In this document: one piece after another, positions 34,831 through 49,886 of the stretch
Position numbering within the stretch: position 1 is the stretch's first letter
How the letters are laid out: each line of letters begins with the position of its first letter
NCBI GenBank assembly: GCA_030141605.1
Contig: JAQGDQ010002370.1
Location: 151,167-215,166, forward strand
Direction of reading: 5' to 3'
Length of the DNA: 64,000 nt
Source: Tubiluchus corallicola
Lineage: Eukaryota; Animalia; Priapulida
Program-made: the position numbers and the translations under genes
The notes under the pieces: model-generated
What the model was told of the DNA's origin: nothing
Seen by the model: the letters and a program-made list of their open reading frames with translations, nothing else
Database searches by the model: none

Positions 34831-35925
34831 GAATTCGCTATTTTTTGCAAATAATTTTGTGGTCATTAATAATTAAGGTGTAACTGATATTACAAAAAGT
34901 TAACTGTGTTGTAACTAGCCAAATATAATCGCTTATATATGTGTAGGCCTACGAATTATAAATGCTCTACACTGCCACTGGAATGTGTAGATTCGGAAGC
35001 AAAATTTGTGTAATGTTTCTAAGTGCTGTATATTTTCTGTAGTAAATGTTACGAAAGCAATTTCCGAAAATCAAAATGTTATGTAAGTGCGACTCGGTAA
35101 TGTTTGTTATACATTAATATACAACTCTTTAGTGTTAAGACTAAAGCTTTTCAATAAAAATACATATTTTTACATTGTTTGTGTCTTTTGATAATTTGCA
35201 ACCGTATGCATTTATGCATTTTTTAACCATAGCACTTTCATTTTCATGTTTCTTATGTTTCTTCTTGTTTTTGCCAAAAAAGTTTCAGTGATATGTTTTT
35301 ATTTTTACACTATTTTTATGATTTGTTCAAATAAACACAACGTGCTATTCAAATAGAAGATCTTTTCCGTTGCTTTACATCTCGTTGGTTTAGAGTTCAA
35401 TAAATTAATATTTTAGGCGTTCATTGACGATTGAAGAAACGAGGACAATAATAATGATGACAACGACGGTTACGATGGAGGTGGCAGTGGTAGTGGGTAA
35501 CGGCTGTGAAATAGTGTTGAGTCACTATACTAGGAAACTGAATAGTTGGCCTTTTTTATGTTGGGCGCTCTTTTTTATGTCTACGGTTTTTTTGTTTAAA
35601 TATGGCAAATTACTCAGATTGTATTCGTTACTTTTGGCATTATGGACATTATGGAAGTAAATTCATTTTACTTAAGTACGCTAAATTCATTAACTACGCT
35701 TATTTAGTTAGACCGTAATACGCCCTCCCCCCAAGAAAATATAGTTTGAGTGTAGTGAATCACCCAATTTGAGTGCAGTAGTTTTGTCAGATTATTTGGC
35801 TTCATTTGGATGTGAAATTATTAATTTATGTAGTTTAGACACAATAGATCACTTTGTTTCTGCTTCATAGACTTTGTGCTTAGAGTGTTAAAATCAGAAA
35901 TCACCGCAACAGCAGCAGACACACT

Positions 35926-36650
35926 TAAGCCCATTTTACAGAGAAAACACGCGTCAAAATACCTTGATGGAAAAATTTCTTCCGGTATTACTCATGAAAA
36001 TGGAACATATTGCTTTCTATGACGCATTTCACACTGACGCCTCATGCAAAATTTTCTTCGTGGAATTTGTCATGAGGAATTCTACCGCCAGCTAGAAACC
36101 ATGCGTCCTCTTCACGAGGAAAGTTGCCACATGGTAAAGTTGCCGTACGCTAGATCTTCGTGAAGTTTTGTGAGGATTCCTCGGGGAATTAAAACTAAAG
36201 TTTAACAACTCAGTTACTTCTTTTTGGTTTAACGAACAACAATTAACATACTTCAGCATAAAATTATAAGATCTTACCCCTCTTTTAACATAAAGACGAT
36301 TTTATGTTTTATTAATGCAACGGCGATGGCTATATTCGTGAAAAAGAAAAATGACACACGCACATATTTATTTAACATGTTTTTAGACGTTGAAATTGAT
36401 AGTAGAACTTTTTAAAAAAAAACAAGCTCATCTCTCGCTGTCCATGATGACGAGCGATACTACAAGCCCGCAACACGGTCCAAGGAGCTGTAGCTATTTG
36501 GACGCGCATTAAAAAATCGCTCTGTTTCATTGTGCAAAGGACTTTCTTGCTGCATGGCATTTCGAGAAAAAGTCGGAAATCATCTGAATATTTTCTGACA
36601 CCAATTCCATGCATAATTTTCCTTGCGTTCTCGCGGTGAAATTGGCCTTA
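35926..36650. mobile_element. Possible old non-autonomous TIR element (Harbinger-like ends)
   Basis: The left end taagcccattttacagagaaaac and the reverse complement of the right end taaggccaatttcaccgcgagaac match at about 15 of 21 positions after the TAA. The TSD is not clean. Confidence 0.3.
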
Positions 36651-36700
36651 GATACTATAAACAGGACAAAGTACCTTTCACTCAGAGTAAATAAAAAAGT

Positions 36701-37650
36701 AACTAGACCTTGTTTATGACAGAGTCAGCATTATGACCAAAACTGCGACTGCTGATTGTGAAAATTTTTTGCTGACTTGATTATTGTCTCGAGATTATAA
36801 TTTTGCTATTGCTGAATTCTCCGTGCTTGATTACATAGGAAGTCCATTTTGTTGCAATGCCATTTTAACACTGTCGCCGTAGCCATGTGACCTCGTTACG
36901 CCCACTTTTCGAAAATGCTTAGTACACATATACGCTCGACCGACTACCCATACGTGCAATAACGTGGGCGTCTAGTCCAATATTGTAAGTGGTGTTGAGT
37001 GGCAAAGTCATTTGCCCTAATTTTCACATTTTGGGTCCTGCCCCTGTGATCTTTGTCCTAGAATTCGCCATTCTTGCACTGTTTTCTGCCTACCTATATT
37101 AAGCGCCTACCCTGCAAGTTTCGTAATTCAAGGTCTTATGGAGTTAACTAGGCCACATGTTAATACTTTCGCCCATGTCACGTGACTAGATCACGCCCGC
37201 TTTTGGAAAATCCTTTTCGAACTATATGCACATCTATTCCCTCCTCCTGCCTAGCCACGCATGTATAAATATTGACTCCTAGTCCAATACTGTAAGAGGA
37301 GTTGATCGACAAAACGATTTCACATTTTGGCTCCTAATTCAGAACTTTCCTAGACTCCAATTTCCGAAAAATACTTAGTGCACCGACAGGACCTAAATAT
37401 CTGTGAAAAAAATTTTGAATTTAACTCAAGGAATTGAGCGACAAAGGAAAACTGTCCGATGTCCAGCGTCCGTGACCCTTTGATCCGAGGTCACCGATCA
37501 CTATACTAGTGATAGTCCTCCATCCTCAGGTGTCTACCCTGCAAGTTTCGTGACTCTAGCTGTTTTAGTTTTAAAAATTAAGATTTCAAAATTAAGGAAA
37601 TAGTAAACAGTTGATTTCCAATAAGATTCTGCTATATGCAGAATCTTTTA
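36701..37650. mobile_element. Non-coding repeat element with internal direct repeats and a terminal hairpin (Helitron/Helentron-like non-autonomous element)
   Basis: Duplicated blocks: ca.gtgac..acgccc.ctttt.gaaaat (~36884 and ~37179), ctagtccaata.tgtaag (~36972 and ~37279) and ctaccctgcaagtttcgt (~37107 and ~37534). A 10-bp perfect hairpin AAGATTCTGC-tatat-GCAGAATCTT sits at 37623-37647. Confidence 0.45.
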
Positions 37651-40600
37651 AGATTAAAATTACAGATGGCGCCACGGTGAGGCGCAGATCCATGAAACCA
37701 AATTTTGGAGATGGGGAGAGTTGGCTTAGATCCCCTTGAAGCGGCGCAGTACAGGGAAGTCTTGGCTACTGTAATGCAAGTGTTATTTCAAAAAAATAAA
37801 ATAAAAAAATTAATTAAATTAAAATCAATAACGATTGCAAGATTTTATATTTTTTGCAAGCGCTATGAACTCTTTATGATTAACTCTACAGTTTTAATTA
37901 AAACATAACATTGATGATAACAGGCTGATAGCTTCATGGTCCATAAATAAACAAATAAACAACAATTTCGTGATACGTGTTAATTTTCCATTTATCGCAC
38001 AGTTTTAGGAAAATTGAATTTTTGACTCTATGACTTGTTGCACAACCATTTAAACTACAACTAATATGATTAAAATCACACAACGACCTGAAGTGATTAG
38101 TTTTTGTAAAATAACATATATATTTGTTCTGCTAAATAATATTTTAACTAGCAGCGTATTATATTTTATCTAATTTTCTAGTGCAATAATAAAATGCTGG
38201 CAGCTTTGTTTCGAAGTACGCCAGTAAATAATTTATGAATAATTTTACTCCATAGGCCTGATATAAATATGACAAAGGCATAAATGAGCTTATGTGGTTC
38301 CTCAATAATCCACCAAACAATGAATTCACCAAGTTTGGTAAGGCTTGCTTGAATGCCTCATTAAGTCTGCCACGCGTCCATGCCGATGCCTTTGTGCTCA
38401 GCCGCGTCGATCAGGGCTTATTTTTTCATATGATTGAATGCAGCTCTAAGCGACGCCAAGTTAGGCAGTCAAAATAAAAAGCCAGTTTTAGTCCCAGCAG
38501 TGCTTTTCAGTGAAGATAGTCTTGGACCAACACTGTTGCTAAGAGTTTATTATGAAAATTATACTCGCTTTTGCTGTTGCAGATTTATCAGGGACTGTAA
38601 TTAAATTATTTTAATGTTATCTTTATTATCAGCAGTAGGTAATACTAATACCTATTAGTATTATTAATATTACTATAGTACATGTATTTACTATTATGTA
38701 AATTTAATTTGCATAATAAGAAATCATCATAATTACTCAACATATTTTTTGTTTCTATTATGAAGTGTGCATATCAGATTGTCAGGAGAATAATTGTCAG
38801 TATCAGGAAATGTACTACATGGTATCCGGTTCTTTTTAGTTTTGTTTGATTATAACTTTCCTACGAGAATTCTCTATGGCGTCTATTGTTACGACAGCAG
38901 CTGCTGGTCCTAGAATTCATAGCGTGCAGAGTTGGCGTCTGTAAACCATTTGTTATTTTTGGCATGCATAATGTATTAGTGTGTACGACACACAATGTTT
39001 TACAGCTCTGTTCTGTATCATTGACATTAATTTGATAAATAAATGGCTAATTCAATGTAGAATTGTTTGAAAAGTCTACGTTGTGTTTGATATGTATGCA
39101 GTGGCAAGAAAATGATTCTAATAACTGCATAATATAGAATAAATATAGAATTTATTTATTGGTATATACAGTAGAATGACATATGTAGAAGAACAATACA
39201 ACAGCATTAAATAAGCACAGAAGTTTATTACATGAGACATATACATAATATACACATACTTTATAATACAAGGTAGGCAAGTTGGCTTGCATAAAAATTG
39301 TTTGACTGTGGTGTGTTAAAATTATTTTCCTTCTGTAGTACAAATCCAGAAATAGGCGTTTTGTGGTGTATGTCGTATGTGTGAGGCTGAATAATTATGT
39401 TGATATGCAGCAGGTTCTGATTTTCTAGTTAAGCACCAAAAATGAGTGATTACGCTTGATTACGTAACCTCAAAATTATGTTATGTTGTACTTTATTAAA
39501 GTACACATTTCATTTTACCACCTTTTGCTTTCCTAAAGATTCTAAAGTTTACTGGTACTTTATGTCTAAGATTCGAAGCTGCCGCTGCCCGTAATAAGGA
39601 TGTCAGTAAGTGCCCCTAGCCGGTGAGAACGTGCGCAGCTAATAACGATCTGCGTAGCCAAGGTGCACGAAGCGGGAATCACTGTGATTGATGCTGTGAG
39701 CTGAGAGAGGCGATTGATCTTCACCGGTGACGTAGATGGTTGCAACTATACTATGTGACTATAGATGTGGTACATGTACTAGAGTGCGCATTGGGTAGCG
39801 TAAACATGCTGAGAAAAGCGGGAAACTAATTTACGTAAGACTTTGATATCTCCGTGGAATTTTATACGATGAAGGCAATCTCATTGTTGTGGTAAGCCTA
39901 GTTTAGTCTGTTATTAATTCATGCACGAGTATTGCATCGTCAAGATGCTACGTCTTGCAATGTATGATATACGGATCAAGCAGATTAATATATAAAATGC
40001 AGTTCGATTTTGCAGTTTTTTTTACCAATAACTTGCACTTTGCATTGCGTTAAGAAAATATGAAAGAATATTATTTTATGCATTTTTTGTACGTGCATGC
40101 CATTATATTATATGAACCAGTTATTAAGTTGTTTTTGACATGTTTTAGCAATTTTATTCCAACATCGTGTTTGACTTTAAATTGTTAATGTGTGAGAGCC
40201 TATACATTCACTGATGAATGTTGAATACTAGCTAACGTACTTTATTTTTATTTTTGAAAACGTTTATAAAGATAACTTTTAAGCTAATGTAAAACAGCTG
40301 ACACAGTTAGTTTACAAAAAGTTCTGTCAACATATTGAAACAGAAAAACCTTAGGTGTGAGAAAATCAAGAGAAATGAGCTAATTGAATAATTGAATTAA
40401 ACACACAAATTATAAAGACAAGTGACGAGGTCGTCTATAGAAAATTCAGAGGTTCGCGTCCGAGTTATAGTTATTATATGAAATAAATAGTTACGATGCA
40501 TTTTATTATATTTACCTTTCTGTCATTCTTTCTTAAAAGCAATGTTTAACTTAGCAGTGAAAAAGACTTGCCTAATTACCATTTTGGAAACTAAATTTTC

Positions 40601-43600
40601 GGTTATGTTGAATGGTGACACATTGCGTTGAATCTAGACCTAAAATGTCTGAATGTCATACACAGTGTTAATGTAGTCATTATAGGTAGCCACATGGTGG
40701 CGATGATAATAAGGGCTAATCAAGTACATATTAGCAGCTAAATGCAGTTATGGCAATCACACAGAAACAATTGGATTACGATTATTTAGGCGAGATACAC
40801 ACATGGTTGTATTGTTTGCCAATACTTAAGCTTGACTGAGTCAGAAGAACGGTATCTAAATTAAATCTAGTCTAAGCTACTTAAAAGTAAAGCGATAGGT
40901 GAGATAATGGAGTAACTTAGGCTCTGCCTCTTTTGTAACCGTGGAATTCTTTAGTCTATGAGTCATAATATACCGCGTTGTTTTAACCTGTGCTTAATTA
41001 TTTTCCAATCAGATGGTGCAAAAAGTATAGCCACATACAGTTGGTTGACTGTTAAGTAATGAAGAAATGATGCGCCATTTTGTTCTTAATTAAGGCCACA
41101 TTCAAGCCAGTAACAAGTCACTATTCCGATGGTGTCAGTTATGGACACCACTGAAGGGCATAAAGACTTTAGTACAGTTCACGTATTTTACGTAAGGTTC
41201 AGATAAGTTCCCTAAAAACTTCACAACTAACTTCGTTTAAAAACTTGTACCGTCTCCTTAAATATCTGATTTCTGTAACGATTACAAATTTTTTTGTGAG
41301 TATTGACTGCCAGGGACAAAATTAACAGAAGTGCAGGGCTTCCCTATTCTTGTTTACGTGGAGCAGCAGTGCTGTTCTTATCTGTCAGTCTCTTTGTTGT
41401 GGCAATGTACAGCTCTATCTAACTTCGTCCAGCAGATACGAGCAGAAATAATGCTAACTGTGGATCCCCGTAGTATAACCATTGATCAACTTTCCACACG
41501 AAAGCGTCTAATTTGGCCTAAGGACGGTTAAATTGTGGGATGAATGTTTATAGTACAAATAAAGAGCCTGGCGTGGGGCAATGCAATGCATTTAGCAAGA
41601 GGGCAACATAATGAGGGGAAGATAAACAATTCCTGTTACCCCCAGGCGATCTGTCCTGCGTCTCAAATTCTTTTGTATGCAAATGCCTTTGTATTAAATT
41701 AACGCTTTCAATTTGAAGATGCTTTTGGTAGAAGCAAAAAAAAACAAGTAACGTGACACTGTATTCTGTTTTTGGATTTTGGTGGATTGGGACTTCAGGC
41801 ACTTGATAATTTGGTTGAATATCATAACGAGTCGCATACCTTGAGCTTCCAGCATTATGTAAAATGGATAACATGCTCACTGCTCAGATATTTTTCATAC
41901 GTATCTGCATCTGCCAATATTCAATTTAGAAAATAAAAAATAAAGCAGATTTCCTTCACAGACGGCAGTAGCTTTACGTTGTGCTGCACAGGCTCCCCAC
42001 GCTCGGTTTATTAATGCAAATTACGAAGCTTCTGAAAAAAGTTTGCTTTAACTTCTTCTTCATGTGTGCAGAGTTATTTTGCCTTACCATCTTATATTTT
42101 TTCTTCCAAAAAACCAATATAATGACTTTACGTGCTTTGAGCGATTATTGCATAAAATGAATGCATTTCTCGTAGAAAACCTGCGCGCAAAATCGATTCT
42201 GCTGTTCATTAGCTTCGTAGATTAATGCACAAATGTCAGTTATTATACCCACTTACTTGTACAGTTCCATTGTACGCTGCTTGGTCAGTCTGACCCGTAT
42301 AGTAAATCATAGGCAGAGGACTTCCGATGTAACATCGGCGTTATACAACCTTCCCAAGGTCACAGGAGGGGGTGTAATAACCAATTATCTTTCTTTATGA
42401 AGCCATCCAGCCTGTCAAGTGCATAGATGATGAAAGAATTTCGCAATGTTTGGGTTGTAGAAGCAGGTGTAAATGCATGGTGGAAGAGGCAAGAGTGCTC
42501 CTAGAGCACTTGGGAGTGCCGATAAAAATCATTTATAGCTCCTTAACAAAGTCAGTAGTGCTCTTGCAGCCTGCAGCAATCTCATACTTACGCATCTCCA
42601 AATACGTTGACCTATTATCTGAAAATAGTTATTGTATAGAGGGTAGTGATTTTGCAAATACAAGAACTGCTTAAAATTTTGTACCAAAATCTGTTGAATC
42701 TGAAACATGTAGCTACATTTTGTAAATTCTTTAAATATTTTAACGGGTTTACAGCGTGCGGAAAAAACAGTGTTTTAGCCACTTTCGTCAGTTCTTATAA
42801 CACAGTACCATTTTCGTTACCGCTTATTTTCACTGAAAACGATTTTTGCTTAATAATAAATAATGAACCGATGAACAAAGTTGATCAGTCTCGTGTGTAT
42901 TTATTATTGACGATTGCCATTTATTGTTTATCTTTGTAAAGAAAGCGCTTAGGATTTGAGATCTAATGGGACATAATGGATGAGCTTGATAAAAGCTGCA
43001 AATACTTTACTCAGCGAAGATAATTTATAAGATACTTTCAGACGTTTATTGTACGCCGTATCTGCAACAGTTCTCACATGCTCAGATTTTCACTTTCGCA
43101 AAAATCACCAAACATCCATGTGTCACATTTATGTGCAATTATGATGAATTCACTGGAGTGTTCTAATTGATAAAAATTAACCAATATTTATGCTTGTGAC
43201 ATCAAGTAATATAGGCCTCCGTTAAAGTTATAACTTTTAGGTTCGCTTCCTCAAATTCTCTCAGGTTGTTTAATTCATAATAAACTCTATTGTTCTCAAG
43301 GCAGGCCATTCATTCACTTGGTTACACTATGTGGCATTAATGAGACTTTCTAAGATTACAGATTGTGAGGTTACGGCAGTTGTAACTACAAGAAGATAGC
43401 TATAGTTAGCTAGGTAATTAGTATTTAACTAAGTATCACAGAAGATTGCCAGTCATGAGATGAGAATGTGCCAAAACTTGTATTTTGTTGGTCATTATTT
43501 AGGTGATTTATATTTTCTCTGGTTTAGAAAACATTAAATGATTCTCATTAAATAAGTTAACGATAACTGGTTTGAGTGTATAAGTATTGTAATTACATAT

Positions 43601-46600
43601 TACATTGATAGTTGTGATAATTTATATTGATGCTGTAGTAGTCTTATATTATATCTTCTCATGCCTGCTTATACCATGCACCGTGCGTGTTTGCATTGTG
43701 CTCAGAGAAATTTGTACAAATACGTGTGGTACAAGCATGCTTTCTGTTTGAAGCAAAGACAACTTCTATGGATTTTATCCGCCAGTCTTGTCCATAAAAG
43801 GAAAGATGCGTTAGTCGGTGCGGTGTAGACAAAGGCTATATGGTACTATCTGTACAGGCTCTTGCTGATAATTATGGTAATAGAGATATAGCGCTGGGAT
43901 CCTGTCATATGCTAACTATTCATCTCTCTGCTTAGCAATATGCACGGACAATTGGCAAACAATGATTAGTGATTTTATGACAGGACGCTTTCAAAGCTGG
44001 AAATGAGTGTAAACCTCCACTGATCGATGTTGGAAGAGTGTTGCTGGAAAGCCCTGTGTAAACAAAGGGTTGTCATTTTAACCACAGAGTGTGTTCTAAC
44101 GAGCTGGGAGTCTATTATTAAACAGTTTCAGCTTAATTTTAAAATTCCGCACAGCCGATCGTGTTTTGTGCAAAATACATGAATAGGAAACATTGGGATG
44201 TGCTACTTAAATTTGAGTAAGTATGGTTTTTGGAGCTGACTGTATACGTTTTAGGCACATTTTTTTTTTGTGAAACTAGGAATTTTACATCCACGTGACT
44301 AAAGAAACAAGATGTATACTATATATAGCTACATATTTAGCTAGTGCCAGAAAAATGATCGAACCCAACCTGCTTCTTGGCACAATTCTGATTATAACAA
44401 AGTTACATCCTGTATAAGACGCGATGCATCAGCTTTAGATATTTCATGTATCTCGAAGTCATCCCTAGGTGTTTAAGAACGATTATCCAATGATACCATC
44501 TTTCTTATGTGTTTTCTTTGAACAAGCATGTAGCTTAAGCTTCACAAATCGTTACTGTCCGAGTGCAGGGCGTTTCACAGAGACAGTACAGATGAAAGTA
44601 TTAATTATGTCGTATATGGTGTGGCTTTAAACTTAGCATATTAATTATAATTTGATGTTTCACATGCATAGCGAGAATAACTCATTAATCATTCTTTGCA
44701 AATCCATGGATTCGCTAATAAAGTTCCTAGTTCTTACCAGAATAATGTAAAAAATATTTTGAGCTTCTTTCTAATTATTTTTCATTAAAAAATCTTTATC
44801 ACGCTACTTGTTATGCTTAAAATGATAATTGTACACTGCGAACATAGCCACTGTATTATGTAAACTCATCGATAATAAATTTTATGTACAATATGCGTCG
44901 TCCTAACTTGGCTTCCTTAATACTCTTTATAAGCTGGCTTCCCCAAGTGCTGTTGAATCCCATGGCTTCCCAAAGAGCTCCGCATGCCGGGGCACTTTAC
45001 GATTCTGATCATGTTACAGGGAGTGTGCAAACTGCTTTCTAGGTTATGTTACGGGTAACAACCCTAAAACAAGTAGCTGATTGAATCTTTCCTCACACGG
45101 TGAGTAGATAATGAATTGCAATTGCTGCCGCGAATGAGGTTGCTGGGATAATAAAATATGTTAATGATGCTACTGACACTAACATGATTGGAAAGTATCT
45201 TAAATCATTATATATTCACCAGTATGCCAGAAACATATTCGGTAACTTAGACCACCCTGCATCTAGTCAGCGATTAACTACCATCAAACTACTTTGGGCA
45301 AGCTATAGGCTAGCTTCAGTAAGGCTCCCATGACCTTGCCCCGCTCCATGTTAAATGATGTTTAATAATTTCAGTTGTTGTTTATTGTGTAACAAGTATA
45401 TATCTGAAAATCACACAGACGTTTTGTTACAAATATCCGGCAGTATGAACAGAGAAGTACTGAGTGAAATATTGTAGTGAAATCACAACGTTACTATTGT
45501 AAATAAAGCAACGTCATAGCTGTTTGTATGAAGTCGCAAAAAAGTTGTTTATGTTTTGGAAAGCAAAAATTTTAGTTGATTCAAAAACAAATGAAAATGA
45601 AGTGAAAATTCCACATATGAAAATACAACAGTAAGTACTAAAATTTTTGACATGTGATCCAAAATAATCGTGTTTACATTCAATTGAACCATTTTGTACA
45701 TTTAATTAAAATTACTTTCTCCTAAGGAAGAAAGAAAGTTTAAATATATAGCCCAAAAATCTTATATTACATACATATTTATATTACGTTACAGTTATAT
45801 TTCTTTACTTTACACTTGCTTATATGAAAGACGTGTGAATTTGGAGAATAATTTTCTTAATAATTCAAAATGTTCACGCTGGTAATTCAAATAATTCAAA
45901 CTGATAAAATTTCACTGTTGCACCATTGGCTCACCAAAAAACACGTTGTTGATCCTGTTGACGATATAAAGTAGTTTGCTTAAATAGCGATTAGTGCGCT
46001 ACGAATGTTCTAATTATGTTTTCAAATTTTACGCCGAAGTTTAAATTTACAAGTTCTACGCAGTGTTACTGCTAACGTAAGCAATAAGACAGCATCTAAG
46101 TGATACAGTATTTTAAGACGAACCTTATTTATGAAGAATTTTTTCTTGTCCTTTAATATCAAGTCAATTCAGTCTGTACTTTATGTCTAATAGTTGTCTA
46201 TTTTATTTGCAATTAGTTACTGGTCAGTCATCCTTGCTAACGGAGTATCGTATACCTTCCCATATTTTGTTAGTAGGCCTAAGGGGTGAAGTACAGTTTT
46301 GAAGAATAATTCACCAGAAATCACGTCCTGTAGCAAGCTTTAAAATGTGTAACATTGTTGCAGTCAGTATATTGAGCAACGAGTCTTATGTGTTGATAAA
46401 TTAATCCGGGAGGGGTTGAGATTTAACTTTGCAATTCATTTATTGACGTTCAAACAACTCTATTTCTTTGTATACATAGTTAAATTGCTGTAAATTGGAT
46501 AGTGACATTAGAGGGTCCTCAACTTCTTTGTTAAGCTATAAATATTTATAAGCCCGTGCACGAAGTCATGCAGTTTTTGAGGCAGGTCCATCGCATTAGC

Positions 46601-48892
46601 CCTATATATTTGTTGGTTTAATAGTAAGAATTCGCGCGCTTTTCTAAAAATAAAACAGCTGAAATTCCAAGTTACTCCGAGCTTTATGCCCATTTATACG
46701 ATTACGTTATGTTAATGAGCCGTAGGAAGAGAGCTAGGATAACTATTTTGGTGTATAGGGATCTGTAGTGCAGATTTACTTATGCCTACTATACTCTGGG
46801 TAACTAGTTTCAATGACGTGCTTTTACACAGATTTTAGCAGTGCCGGTTTTATGCATTTGGGCTGCGAACACTGGCCATTTAGTCTTAGCCCCAGCTGAA
46901 TTCAATATACCATTAGAGATTGAAGACAGAGTGCAATAGTACAGTGGCCTTATTGCACTATGCAAGGGCATTTGATCAGCTACACTGTACTAGGTGCTGT
47001 ATTGAGGCTTTTGCTGCTAGAATGCTCCATTGGAACTTGTTTCCTTGCCCATTGTTGCATTAACGACATTCATAGCTGGCTTCAGCACAAATTGGTTTCC
47101 ACCCATTGTCAATGTCGCGTATGTAGTTCCCAGCTCTCATAGCAAGTAAGATTCTCTATTTGTATAAGCAAGGGACACGGTATGTACACTCTATCTAAAT
47201 GTTTATGCTATTTTCACCGCAAAGCTTAGCATTTAAACACTTCAGTTTGTCACAGCTCGTTATTTCGTTCTGCATTAATGAATCTCACGTCGTAAAGAAG
47301 TCTGTCATGTAATTGGCTGCAGTAGGTGGTTAAGCTTGTGTTCACCTTCAGTTTGTTTGCAGAGTACAAACAGTATTTTGAATAGTGTATTAATAGAAAT
47401 TTTATGACTTTAATAGTAAATGTACATTCGTGCAGATGCAGCCGATCAAAAATTACTGTAAAGAACTATACGCATCAATAACACTGTTAATATCCTAAAT
47501 GTATATCAAATTAGATTACACTTCTCCCTATGTCACGTGAATACGGTTTATCTTGCAATTTTAGAAAACCATTAACAACAACTGCAGAATCGTGATGATG
47601 GTAGCAAAATTTCGACTTGCAGTAGGGTTCAACCAGAGGGCTTTATTTTGGTAAGATAAGTGGAGAATTTCGGTTGAAGCCATGCTCTGTGTATTTAATG
47701 TGTCCGAGGCGGCAGAGTAGTGTTTGCTCACTGCTCAGCTGTTTTCATGCTTGGTTCGCCATTTTAAGGGCTTCAAAATACATGCTGTAATATTTGTTAT
47801 ATGAAGACTGTACGGACTTTTGTAGAATAAATCTAGCTGCAAATTGATCATGTACGGAATAAATCACGTGACTTTAAAAAAAATTACTGGTTAATTATTT
47901 AAGTCTATAATCATTGAAAATCGCCTGACTCTACTGAATAGGATATAAAATGTCCTTTCTTTGTCCATTTATATTTTATTGTTGTAAAATTGTCATGTGA
48001 ATGCAATTAAGCATCATACTTGTTTAATTTCTTATTTACTTGTTAACAATAATTGGTTTAAAATTTGTTGTGGATGTTTTCGAAAGAAAATTAAGTAAAG
48101 AAGCGTACGTAGAAATGATTTATGGCATTTATCGATACATTATTATGGTAATTCTCGGTGAAACGTAACCCCGAATGATTCTGAAAAACTTGTGCTTCCG
48201 GTGACTTTAATTTAACATTAAAAGTCCATTACGGCAAAATTTAATGGTTTTTGTTGCGGCCCCGCCCGAAAGTAAAACATTAATCAGCTACGTTAACCGA
48301 ACTTCCGGCATCAAAATCGTGCGAATCATTAATAGGGTTTTTCAGATTGTTCGGCACAAGGAAACTGCACTACACGCGGATTTCCGCAACCCAGTTTTTG
48401 CTTTAAGAAATTTTCCTAGGACGAACTGGCACAGAATAATACGTGCTTCATGACAGCTTTTGTGAAAAGAGACCACAACAACGACGACGCCGAGTTCGGG
48501 TTCGCCTGGTGCTGCCCTGAGATGTTCACCTGGCGTGTTTTATTTGAAGCTCACCGATAAAACACAGCGCCTGTATTTAAGTAAAGCACAACAATGAATA
48601 ACTGTATATGTCCTGTAATTGATATAATATATGTAAGTGGCACATTAATTCTGTTAATTATTAATTAGCGTTAAGCATGATGGGTTACCTCTTAACAAAT
48701 TTCAGGGTCATTGCTGGACTTGGGTTCAATTCCCCTCGTTTTTCTTGCACTTGTATTACCTAAATGCGCACTGTACAGTGCACAACGCAAATTGCAGATA
48801 TTATCAAAAATACAATGCTTTTTAATAGAATAAACTGATTATTATAGTGTCACTATCGCCGTATCTGGTGACTGATGTTTAACTTTTCTAGT

Positions 48893-49181
48893 GAGGACGG
48901 CGGGTGATGAAGTGATACGGTGGTTGGCAGTCGATTCAGAATCGGAATCTGACGTATGTCGGTGTTTGTGTTTTTCGAGCTATTCCACTCTAACAGTGGC
49001 TCTCTGGTCATATTTCGTGGGTCTACTCAGCCTTAATTGGGTACCTGGTTAGGTAATGGGGAAGGGGGGGGTTGGCTTACCACTGTCCTCCTTACGTGTT
49101 GAGGTTACGAATAATAGCTGTCATGACCATTTATTCTTACGCCATTGGGAATGAGGCAATCTTCTTCTTCTTCTTCTTCTT
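48893..49181 (+). mobile_element. Probable decayed SINE with a (CTT)7 tail
   Basis: GC-richer unit of about 290 bp. Its central gtctactcagccttaattgggtacctgg resembles conserved invertebrate SINE central domains, and a simple-repeat tail lies at 49161-49181. The A/B boxes are degenerate. Confidence 0.45.
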
Positions 49182-49886
49182 TTAGGATTGTACAATAGGT
49201 TTCATATTAGTAACATTGCCATCAAAGAAAAGTGCTCATTTTGATTACTAAGAAGTGATTGTAGAAATTTAACTCATTTTACTTGAGATTAATTCTAAAG
49301 TTGGTTTGAGTTTCGGTAAACTGTTTTAACGTGATCCGGTTGACTAACATCACAAAATAACCAAGCAAACAATCTCAGTCCAAATAGTCTGAAATACTAT
49401 AGCCTATAGGAAACTGTTTAAGTATGAAAGGGAATTAAGAAAACTGTACAAATATGAAGATACTGTAAACTACATTGGCTCAAAACATTCATAATGAGGA
49501 CTTTGAAGAGCAGTTATAAACTTAAGATTGTGGAATTAAACTAATTTCTCTTTAAATCAATTCCACGTAATTTATACTCTTGACTGTTTCATGTAGTTAA
49601 TGATTAATCTGCTCGATTATACATGTATCTCATCTATACCCCATCATCTACCTCATCAATTGCTCCTATCCCGTAGAGACAGTCGTTTCTAAAGATATAA
49701 ATATACATATTCTGGCAATAAATGTCGTTCTAATGCGAGCGTATATCATACGACTTCTTCATTAATGTTGACTATGGAGTGCTGTGTATCTTCAGAGGCC
49801 AATAAAGCTTCCTGATTGTCATTCGTGTAATTGCTCGTGAGCAGTAAGGATTGAGCTGTTGTAAGGTGTTGTTAGTGTATTGTTTA

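Noticed and set aside
38640-38663. 11-bp inverted repeat TAATACTAATA-cc-TATTAGTATTA
   Set aside because: It lies in extremely AT-rich low-complexity context.
41300-41920. GC-richer stretch with short ORFs on both strands
   Set aside because: No recognisable domain or consistent splice pattern. It may be an old TE but I cannot support that.
46930-46975. TATTGCACT (miR-92-family seed) in a 9-bp stem with a 12-nt loop
   Set aside because: The lower stem does not pair and the 3' part does not resemble miR-92, so it is not a credible pre-miRNA.
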